Origin: Nannocystis bainbridge
GTDB taxonomy: Bacteria > Myxococcota_A > Polyangia > Nannocystales > Nannocystaceae
DNA: 64,000 bases
Assembly (NCBI RefSeq): GCF_028368995.1
Contig: NZ_JAQNDL010000001.1
Span: 2,688,001-2,752,000 of the forward strand
Direction: 5' to 3'
Part shown: piece by piece, positions 1-7,728 of the stretch
How positions within the stretch are numbered: position 1 is the first letter of the stretch
How the letters are laid out: every line of letters begins with the position of its first letter
Program-made: the position numbers and the translations under genes
The notes under the pieces: generated by a model
The model's database searches: none
What the model was told of the DNA's origin: nothing
What the model saw: the letters and a program-made list of their open reading frames with translations, nothing else

Positions 1-713
1 AGCGGGATCTGCTTCTTGGCCCCCGGATAGAACCCGAAATCGACCAGGAACGCGCCCTGCAGCAGGCGCTGCCGCGGGTCGGCGCCGCGGTAGGCGAGGT
101 TGCCGGAGATCTCGACGCCGATGCTCAGCCAGGGATAGATGACCTCGCCGACGCGAAAAGTACCGCCGCCGCCGACGAACGCATTGGGCGTCGGGAAATC
201 GTTGACCCGGGCGAAGCTGACGCCCGGCCCGAGCGTGACGCCGACGTAAGTCCCGTCGACCCGCGGCGGCTTGACCCCGGTCGCGCTGGCCATCGGCAGG
301 GCCTCGGCCGGCGTCTCCACCGTCGCCGCGTCGGCCGGACCCTCGAGCTTGCGCGCCGATCGCGAGCTGTCCTCGGGGTCAGCCTCCGGGTCCGCGCTGT
401 CCGCCGGAGCGGGCACCACCGGCGCGGAGCCGCCCGCATTCACGGAGGTCGGCGCCGCGGCAGCGCCCGGGCCGCTCGCCGGGCCAGCGGCCGTCGCCGA
501 GCTGTCCGAAGGGGCAGATCCCTCCGGCGCCGCCGCCGAGCTGTCCGAAGGGCCAGGTGCCGGCGCCGCAGCCGCGGCCGCCTCCGCCGACAGCGCGAGG
601 ACCACCGCGATCGCCGACGGCCCGAGCCGGCCGGCGCGACGTCCCGGTGCGAGGACGGGAGCGGGCGCGGGTCGCCGGGGCGGCGCGGGGACGAAGGTCA
701 CGGCGGAGAGCAT
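1..713 (-). CDS. Exported protein with Ala/Pro/Ser-rich N-terminus and probable outer-membrane beta-barrel domain (3' end outside window)
   Basis: Manual translation from ATG at 713: MLSAVTF...SAIAVVLALSAEAAAA...RVDGTYVGVTLGPGVSFARVNDFPTPNAFVGGGGTFRVGEVIYPWLSIGVEISGNLAY...FLVDFGFYP; alternating hydrophobic strands; open to the window edge, so absent from the ORF track. Confidence 0.65.
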   Translation of the reverse strand, partial: MLSAVTFVPAPPRRPAPAPVLAPGRRAGRLGPSAIAVVLALSAEAAAAAAPAPGPSDSSAAAPEGSAPSDSSATAAGPASGPGAAAAPTSVNAGGSAPVVPAPADSADPEADPEDSSRSARKLEGPADAATVETPAEALPMASATGVKPPRVDGTYVGVTLGPGVSFARVNDFPTPNAFVGGGGTFRVGEVIYPWLSIGVEISGNLAYRGADPRQRLLQGAFLVDFGFYPGAKKQIP

Positions 714-791
714 GGACGAGCCCCTGCGTTTGGAGCAAGCGGGTTGCCACCGCCGGGCCGCACGGCTATCGTCCGCGGCACCTTCGGCGAC

Positions 792-2384
792 ATGCAGCGC
801 AGGCGGCTCATCGAGGGCGTCGGGAGCTTTCTCTGCGGCGTCGTGCTCTCGGCGGCGGTGTACGAGACCGGCTTGCGCCAGCCCGTCGTCGGACCCGCGG
901 CCCCCGCGGGCGACGCCGATCCGCCCGCCGACCTCGCCCCGCCCGCGGCCGACCCCGAGGCGCCGGCGATCTCTCCGGAAGACGCCCCGGCCGACGCGCC
1001 CGCGATCGCCGCGGACACGCCCGCCACGCCTGGCGATCCCTACACCCCGGACGCCAACGGCAGCTTCACCGCCTACCCGCCGATCCACGTCCCGCTGCCC
1101 GAGTGGACCCCCGAGCTCGCGGCCAAATATCCCAAGCACGGCCTCGTCACCGGCCTCGCCGCCGTCGTGCGCGAGCGGACCGAGCGCGACGCCCCGATCC
1201 TCGGCATCCTGCGCGCCGGCACCCGCGTGCGCACCGACGCCGAGCTGAGCTTCGGCGGCGGCTGCACCAAGGGCTGGCACAAGGTCTACCCCGGCGGGTG
1301 GATCTGCCTCAACGCCGGGCTCGAGGTCGGCGACCAGCCGCCCGACGACGGCACCGTCGCCACCCCGCGCCCGCGCCTCGACGCCGCCATGCCCTACGAG
1401 TACTGGCGCGTCTCGCACGACGGCACCCCGTTCTTCCACCGCCTGCCCGGCTTCAGCGAGCAGGACCAGGCTGACATGGCCGCCAAGACATGGCTCTCGG
1501 AACATGGCCGATCGCTCATGCCGACCGCGACCGCCGACCGTCCGCCCGAGGTCCCGGCGGTGGTCAAGGAGTACCTCAACGCCGGCTTCTACGTCACCGT
1601 CGCCGGCGAGGCCGTCAAGAGCGAGCGCAAGTTCCTCCGCACCCTGCGCGGCACCTTCGCCCGCAAGTACCAGCTCGAGCAGCGCGAGGGCTCGAACTTC
1701 CAGGGCGTGGTGCTGCGCGGCGAGGAGGACCTGCCGGTCCACTGGATCGTGCGCGAGACCCCGCTGCAGCGCCGCTCGGGCGAGGGCGAGGCGCTGATCA
1801 AGCTCGAGGACAAGAAGCCGGTCCGGCGCTCGCGCTACCCGTTCGTGCGCAAGGTGACGATCGGCACCACTCGCTTCTACGAGGACGCCGAGGGCAACCT
1901 GATGCCCGAGTATGCGATCGGCCAGTCGTACAAGCTGAAGCGCCCGCCCGGCGTCGGCCCCGAGGAGAAGTGGGTCCACGTCGACCTGTCCGAGCAGACC
2001 CTCGTGGCCTACGCCGGCGACCGCCCGGTGTTCACCACCATCATCTCGACCGGCAAAGAGCCCGGCATGACCCCGGTCGGCGTCCACCGCCTGCAGAGCA
2101 AGCACATCGCCACCTCGATGCGCGACCAGCCGGTCGAGGACGACGCTTACTCGATCGAGGACGTGCCGTGGACGCAGTACTTCCACAACAACGTCGCCCT
2201 CCACGGCGCCTTCTGGCACGGCGGCTTCGGCCTGGTGCGCAGCCACGGCTGCGTCAACCTGTCCCCGCCCGACGCCCGCTGGCTGTTCGGCTTCACCGAG
2301 CCGGCGCTGCCCGACGGCTGGCACTCGGTCACCCCCGCGACCGGCCCGTTCGGCAAGGGCTCGGCCGTGGTGGTCACCGAGTGA
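792..2384 (+). CDS. L,D-transpeptidase (YkuD family) with N-terminal membrane anchor and SH3-like segment
   Basis: C-terminal WVHVDLSEQTL...TPVG...ALHGAFWH..FGLVRSHGCVNLSPPDA (YkuD catalytic His/Cys motif); start taken at MQRRRLI (792). Confidence 0.9.
   Translation: MQRRRLIEGVGSFLCGVVLSAAVYETGLRQPVVGPAAPAGDADPPADLAPPAADPEAPAISPEDAPADAPAIAADTPATPGDPYTPDANGSFTAYPPIHVPLPEWTPELAAKYPKHGLVTGLAAVVRERTERDAPILGILRAGTRVRTDAELSFGGGCTKGWHKVYPGGWICLNAGLEVGDQPPDDGTVATPRPRLDAAMPYEYWRVSHDGTPFFHRLPGFSEQDQADMAAKTWLSEHGRSLMPTATADRPPEVPAVVKEYLNAGFYVTVAGEAVKSERKFLRTLRGTFARKYQLEQREGSNFQGVVLRGEEDLPVHWIVRETPLQRRSGEGEALIKLEDKKPVRRSRYPFVRKVTIGTTRFYEDAEGNLMPEYAIGQSYKLKRPPGVGPEEKWVHVDLSEQTLVAYAGDRPVFTTIISTGKEPGMTPVGVHRLQSKHIATSMRDQPVEDDAYSIEDVPWTQYFHNNVALHGAFWHGGFGLVRSHGCVNLSPPDARWLFGFTEPALPDGWHSVTPATGPFGKGSAVVVTE
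1461..1530. repeat. 14-bp-period array inside the L,D-transpeptidase CDS
   Basis: Nodes CAGG 1461, CATG 1475, 1489, 1503, 1517. Confidence 0.85.
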
Positions 2385-2812
2385 TCCGCGCGCGGGTCCA
2401 TGTTCGAGAGCGCGTTGCGACTCGAGCTGCAGCAGCGCGCGGCAGCCGGAGCCGGCGTCGCCGAATCGGTCGCGCGGATCTGCGAGAGCTGTGAAGAACA
2501 CGGCGAGGTCGCCGGCCGCTTCTTCGTCGTCCGCACCATGATCGCCGCGTTCGCGCTGCCTATGCGCCTCGCCCACGACATCGCCCCATGTCTCGAGGAC
2601 CGCGCCTCGTCCTGCGATTCGCTGGATGGCGAACTCGCACCGTACCTCCGCCCCTCTCGCTGAGTCCGATGTCGCCGTTCACCCGACCTCGTGCGCACGG
2701 ACGCGTGCGCACGGCGTTCACCTCGCTGCAGTCATGCGGCCTCGCGCGGACATGCGCGCGACGCTCGTGATACACATGGCGCCCACTTCCTGAAGCAGGA
2801 GACGCGAGTTCG

Positions 2813-3448
2813 ATGAAGGTCTACGGACACCCGATGAGTACGTGTACGCGCAAGGTCCTGATGACGCTGGCCGAGAAGGGCCACCGGGCCGAATTCGTCA
2901 TGGTCGACATCATGAAGGGCGAGGGACACGCCGCCGAGCACCTCGCGCGGCAGCCGTTCGGCCAGATCCCCGTGTTCGAGGACGACGACGGCTGGCAGCT
3001 CTACGAGTCGCGGGCCATCTGCCGCTACCTCGACGCCAAGCTCTCGGGCCCCTCCCTGATGCCCGCCGACCTGCGCCAGCGGGCCCAGGCCGAGCAGTGG
3101 ATCTCGATCGAGACCTCCAACTTCACCGGCCCGGCGATGAAGATCATCTACAACCTCGTGTTCGGCAAGTTCTTCGGCAAGGACCCCGACATGGCCGCCG
3201 TCGAGGAGGGTCGCAAGGGCGTGGCCAAGGCCGTCGCGGTCATGGATCGCCAGCTCGAGGGTCGCAACTTCATGGTCGGCGACGGCTTCACGCTCGCCGA
3301 CATCGGCTTCATGCCGTACATCGAGTACCTCGCCGCCGCCGGCGAGATCGGCCTCATCGACGCCAGCGAGCGCGTCGGTCACTGGTGGCGCCGGATCAGC
3401 GAGCGGCCCACCTGGCAGCAGGTCATCGGCCGCTCCAGCGCCGCGTGA
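2813..3448 (+). CDS. Glutathione S-transferase
   Basis: MKVYGHPMSTCTRKV, QPFGQIP, LYESRAICRYL, FTLADI motifs; 211 aa. Confidence 0.95.
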   Translation: MKVYGHPMSTCTRKVLMTLAEKGHRAEFVMVDIMKGEGHAAEHLARQPFGQIPVFEDDDGWQLYESRAICRYLDAKLSGPSLMPADLRQRAQAEQWISIETSNFTGPAMKIIYNLVFGKFFGKDPDMAAVEEGRKGVAKAVAVMDRQLEGRNFMVGDGFTLADIGFMPYIEYLAAAGEIGLIDASERVGHWWRRISERPTWQQVIGRSSAA

Positions 3449-3481
3449 TTCACCGGGCGCCTGACCTTTCAGCGCCCGCCA

Positions 3482-3526
3482 CGGCCGCGGCCGGACCTGT
3501 CCCTTCAGACATGTCCGCCGCGGCCG
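3482..3526. repeat. GC-rich hairpin centred on a TGTCC-N4-(G/A)GACA site; possible terminator or REP-like element
   Basis: Arms CGGCCGCGGCCGGAC / GTCCGCCGCGGCCG flank TGTCCCTTCAGACA; nodes CCTG 3496 and CATG 3510. Confidence 0.7.
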
Positions 3527-3563
3527 CGCTCGTTTCGCCCCCGTCGCTGCGGTCTCTTCGGAC

Positions 3564-4703
3564 ATGTCCCATCCACCATCCTCGCTCGTCCGACCTGTGC
3601 TCGCGGCCATCCTCGCCTGCGCCCCCGCCTGCGACCGCGCCCCCGAGCCCACGCCCGCGCCTCCGCCTCCGCCTCCGTCGCCGCCCGCGACCGCCGTGCA
3701 GCCGGTCGGCGTCTCCAATTTAAAAACCGACGAGGACCTGCGCCTCTTGCCCGCCCTCGCAGTGCGCGACGGCGACGGCTGGCGCGTCGACCTGCGCGTC
3801 TGGGTGTTCGAGCCCGAGGCTGACTCCTGGCGCCGCGGCGCCGCGGTCGAGGCCTTAGCGACCGCGCTCGAGCTCCCGCCCGGCAGCGCGGCGAGCGAGG
3901 TGTTCCGTAAGCGGGCCCGCACCTTCCTCGTCGACAACGAGAGCGGCAAGCGGGTCGTCGTCCAGATCGGCGGCAAGGTCCACCCCCTCGCCGTCACCGG
4001 CGCCAACGGCCACAGCGTCACCGAGCTGCGCCTCGCCGACGCCGACCTGCCCGCGCCCCTCAACGCCGTGACCGCCGTCCTGCAGCCCGGCGACGCTCGC
4101 AGCTTCGTCGGCACCATCGTCCGCCTCGACCCCGCCGGTATCTCGGTCGTCAGCGACGTCGACGACACCATCAAGCTCAGCGACGTGCGCGACAAGCAGC
4201 GCCTGCTCGAGCGGACCTTTTTAAAAGAGTTCGAGGCCGTGCCGGCGATGGCCGCGACCTATCAGCGCTGGGCCTCGGCCGGCGCCAGCTTCCACTACCT
4301 CTCCGCCAGCCCGTGGCAGCTCCACGACGCCCTGCGCGAGTTCACCGACGCCGCGGGTTTCCCGGCCGGCAGCGCGCACCTCAAGCTGTTCCGCGCCAAG
4401 GACGCGAGCTTCTTCGCCCTGTTTCAGGACCCGCAGGCCTACAAGGCCCCGCTGCTGCGCCAGCTCCTCACCGGCGCGCCGGGCCGGCGCTTCGTGCTCG
4501 TCGGCGACTCGGGCGAGCTCGACCCCGAGGTCTACGGCGCCGCCTACCGTGAGTTCCCCGACCAGGTCGTCGCCATCTACATCCGTGACGTCACCGACGA
4601 GGCCCGCGAGGCCCCGCGCTATCGCACGGCCTTCGAGGGCGTCCCTGCGGCGCGCTGGCAGATCTTCGACGACCCCGCGGAGCTGCCGCCGACCTTGCCC
4701 TGA
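3564..4703 (+). CDS. App1-family phosphatidate phosphatase (DUF2183-like), probable lipoprotein
   Basis: VVSDVDDTIK (HAD DxDDT), FHYLSASPWQL, FVLVGDSGELDPEVY, AIYIRDV. Confidence 0.85.
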   Translation: MSHPPSSLVRPVLAAILACAPACDRAPEPTPAPPPPPPSPPATAVQPVGVSNLKTDEDLRLLPALAVRDGDGWRVDLRVWVFEPEADSWRRGAAVEALATALELPPGSAASEVFRKRARTFLVDNESGKRVVVQIGGKVHPLAVTGANGHSVTELRLADADLPAPLNAVTAVLQPGDARSFVGTIVRLDPAGISVVSDVDDTIKLSDVRDKQRLLERTFLKEFEAVPAMAATYQRWASAGASFHYLSASPWQLHDALREFTDAAGFPAGSAHLKLFRAKDASFFALFQDPQAYKAPLLRQLLTGAPGRRFVLVGDSGELDPEVYGAAYREFPDQVVAIYIRDVTDEAREAPRYRTAFEGVPAARWQIFDDPAELPPTLP

Positions 4704-4772
4704 AGACGACAGCCGGGCACTTCGGTTGACGCGGACTTGCGGGCGCGGCTAGCGTGCTTTGCCAGGAAGTCC

Positions 4773-7697
4773 ATGTTCAGCCGTCTCCTGAGCTCCGCCA
4801 GTCTCGTTGTGATTCTTGCTCTCGGCGCCGCCGGCGAGGCTCAGGCCCGCCGCGTCGAGCCGGGCGCCTGGCAGCCCGCTCCGGGGGTCGGGATGCGCCT
4901 GCAGCGAGCCGTCGACCTCGGGGGTGCCCCGCCACGCGTCGCTGCGGCTGCCTGGCGCCGCCTCGCCGCCGAGCTCGGCCCGACCGCCCAGGCCATCTGG
5001 GACGCCGACACCCACGTCCCCACGCGCGTGTGGGGCGCAGGTCTGCCGGCCGCCGGCGCCGTCACCTCGAGCCTGGTCGCCCGCCGGATCGCCGACGAGT
5101 TCCTCGCCACCCACCTCGACCTGCTCGCCCCTGGCGCCCGGCCGGCCGATCTCGCGCTGATCGGCGACGACCTCTCGGCCGGCATTCGCAGCCTCGGCTT
5201 CGCCCAGACCTACCACGGCCGCCGCGTCGTCGGCGGTCAGCTCAGCCTCCGCTTCAAGGGCGACCGCCTGACCCTGATCGCCAGCGAGGCCCTGCCGCAC
5301 GTGCGAGCTGTCCTTTCGGACAGCCCGATCGCCGACGAGCAGGCCCGCGCCCGCGCCCTCGACTGGCTGCGCGGCGAGTACCCGGCCGCCACCGCCGGCG
5401 CCGTCTCGACCCCCGTCATCCTCCCGCTCGTCGGCCACGGCCCGATCCGCTACCTCGAGGCGCGCGCCGTCGAAGTCGCCTCCGACCAGCCGCTCGGCGG
5501 CTGGACCGTCTACGTCGACGCCGCCACCGGAACCCCGCTGGCCCGCGTCTCGAAGTTCATCTCCGCCACCGGCACCGTCCTCTACGACGTCCCCGAGCGC
5601 AGCCCGAGCTACGGCGAGCGGGTCCTGCGGCCGGCGCCCTTCCTCGACATCACCATCGACGACGTGCCCGCCGTCACCGACGCCGCCGGGACTGTCACGT
5701 TCGACGCCGCCACCGTGCAGGTCGGCCTCGGCGTGCGCGGCCAGTTCGTCCGCATCATCAACAAGGCCGGCGCGCTGGCCAGCCAGGTGTTCGCGCTCGA
5801 CGAGGGCAGCGAGGTCCAGTGGAGCGGCGACGGCGACCCGCACCTCGACGCCCAGCTCACCGCCTACGTCGCCGGCAACTTCGCCAAGGACTACGTGCGG
5901 GCGATCGCCAGCGAGCCGCTCGCCTGGCTCGACGGCCAGGTCGACGTCACCGTCAGCGACAACAGCGGCGCCTGCAACGCGATGTCGAACGGCGACGACC
6001 TGTTCTTCTTCGACGGCAACGAGAACTGCGAGAACACCGCGCGGATCCCCGACGTCGTCTATCACGAGGCCGGTCACAGCGTGCACAACCAGTCGCTGAT
6101 CCCCGGCGTCGGCCTGTTCGAGGGCGCCCTGTCCGAGGGCATCTCCGACTACCTCAGCGCCACCATCACCGGCGACCCGGCGATGGCCCGCGGCTTCTTC
6201 CTCAACAGCCAGCCGCTGCGCGACCTCGACCCCGACGGTTACGAGTGGCACTGGCCCGAGCACCGCGGCGAGTCGCACGACGAGGGCCGCATCATCGGCG
6301 GCACGCTGTGGGACCTGCGGACCGAGCTCATCGCCGAGATGGGCGAGGCCGAGGGCATCGCCCACGCCGACAAGATCTGGTACGAGGCGACCCGCCGCGC
6401 CAGCGACATCCCGACCATGTACCCCGAGGCGCTGCTGGTCGACGACGACGACGGCGACCTCGCCAACGGCACCCCGCACAGCTGTCTCATCGACCAGGTG
6501 TTCTATCGCCACGGCCTGGTCGGCGCCGCCATCCTCGGCGGCGAGGTCCGCACGCTCGCGGCCGAGGCCGACGGCAGCGTCCCGGTCGCGCTCGACATCC
6601 AGGCCGCGCAGAGCTCGTGCATCGACCTCTCGCCGACCGGCGCGAAGCTCGAGTGGCGCGTGCGCGGCACCCCGACGATCACCGAGATCGCGATGACGAG
6701 CACGCCCGAGGGCTTCGCCGGCGCCCTGCCGCCGCAGCAGGACGGCACGGTGATCGAGTACCGCGTGACCGCCGACCTCAGCAACGACACCGAGGCCCAG
6801 TTCCCGGCCAACCCGGCCTATCCGTGGTACCAGCGCTACTACGGCGAGGTCGTGCCGATCTGGTGCGAGGGCTTCGAGGGCGACGTGGCGAGCTGGACGC
6901 TCGGCAGCGAGTGGGAGATCGGTGCACCGCTCGGCAAGTCGGGCGACGCCGATGCCGCGTTCGCCGGCGACAAGGTCGCGGGCATCGACCTCTCGAGCGA
7001 CGGCCGCTACTCGCCGCAGCGGGTCATGAACCTGACCGGCCCGATCGTCGAGCTGCCGCCGGGCTTCGCCTCCTACCGCCTGCAATACCAGCGCTGGCTC
7101 AACGTCGAGGACGCCTACTTCGACCGCGCCGAGATCCTCGTCAACGGCGAGCTCGGGTGGCGCAACTTCAACAGCATGATGGGCGACAACAACAGCGACG
7201 TGCATCATCGCGACAGCGAGTGGAGCTTCCACGACGTCGACATCACCCCGGTCGCGTTCTCCGGCACCGCCCAGCTGGTGTTCCGCCTGTCGTCCGACGG
7301 CGGCCTCGAGCTCGGCGGCTGGAACCTCGACGACGTGTGCATCGTCGGCGTCGAGGAGCCGCCGCCGGCGGTCTGCGGCGACGGGGTGATCGCCGCGGGT
7401 GAGGGATGTGACGACGGGAATTCCGAGGACGGTGACGGATGCAGCGCCACGTGCACCGTCGAATCGCCGGAAGACCCCACCGAAGGGGCCCTGTCGACCA
7501 CCGGCAGCGCCGATCCGGACTCCGACACCGGCACCTCCGACGATTCGGACAGCACCGGCGGCGCGAGCGAAATGGGCGGTTGTGGTTGCCGTGGCGCGGG
7601 GGGCGCGGGTGGCTCCAGCGCATGGATGCTCGGCCTGGTCGGACTGGCCTGGCGGCGGCGGACGCGTCGCCGGCCGACGTCCGCGCTCCGCGCTTGA
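4773..7697 (+). CDS. Secreted gluzincin metallopeptidase (M36/M4-like) with propeptide, Myxococcus Cys-rich repeat and MYXO-CTERM tail
   Basis: VVYHEAGH, ALSEGISD, HDEGRIIGGTLWD; CGDGVIAAGEGCDDGNSEDGDGCSATC; GCGCRG-hydrophobic-RRRTRRR tail. Confidence 0.85.
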   Translation: MFSRLLSSASLVVILALGAAGEAQARRVEPGAWQPAPGVGMRLQRAVDLGGAPPRVAAAAWRRLAAELGPTAQAIWDADTHVPTRVWGAGLPAAGAVTSSLVARRIADEFLATHLDLLAPGARPADLALIGDDLSAGIRSLGFAQTYHGRRVVGGQLSLRFKGDRLTLIASEALPHVRAVLSDSPIADEQARARALDWLRGEYPAATAGAVSTPVILPLVGHGPIRYLEARAVEVASDQPLGGWTVYVDAATGTPLARVSKFISATGTVLYDVPERSPSYGERVLRPAPFLDITIDDVPAVTDAAGTVTFDAATVQVGLGVRGQFVRIINKAGALASQVFALDEGSEVQWSGDGDPHLDAQLTAYVAGNFAKDYVRAIASEPLAWLDGQVDVTVSDNSGACNAMSNGDDLFFFDGNENCENTARIPDVVYHEAGHSVHNQSLIPGVGLFEGALSEGISDYLSATITGDPAMARGFFLNSQPLRDLDPDGYEWHWPEHRGESHDEGRIIGGTLWDLRTELIAEMGEAEGIAHADKIWYEATRRASDIPTMYPEALLVDDDDGDLANGTPHSCLIDQVFYRHGLVGAAILGGEVRTLAAEADGSVPVALDIQAAQSSCIDLSPTGAKLEWRVRGTPTITEIAMTSTPEGFAGALPPQQDGTVIEYRVTADLSNDTEAQFPANPAYPWYQRYYGEVVPIWCEGFEGDVASWTLGSEWEIGAPLGKSGDADAAFAGDKVAGIDLSSDGRYSPQRVMNLTGPIVELPPGFASYRLQYQRWLNVEDAYFDRAEILVNGELGWRNFNSMMGDNNSDVHHRDSEWSFHDVDITPVAFSGTAQLVFRLSSDGGLELGGWNLDDVCIVGVEEPPPAVCGDGVIAAGEGCDDGNSEDGDGCSATCTVESPEDPTEGALSTTGSADPDSDTGTSDDSDSTGGASEMGGCGCRGAGGAGGSSAWMLGLVGLAWRRRTRRRPTSALRA
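5309..5322. repeat. Perfect single TGTCC-N4-GGACA site in CDS
   Basis: TGTCCTTTCGGACA. Confidence 0.7.
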
Positions 7698-7728
7698 CGG
7701 CCTGGTGAGGAGCGCGTAAGCGAGTAAT

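Noticed and set aside
2400-2663. 87-aa ORF between the L,D-transpeptidase and GST genes
   Set aside because: No recognisable motif and weaker codon bias; may be real but cannot be supported
2733-2778. CATG cluster upstream of GST as a 14-bp array
   Set aside because: CATG at 2733, 2751 and 2775 are 18 and 24 bp apart, so out of phase
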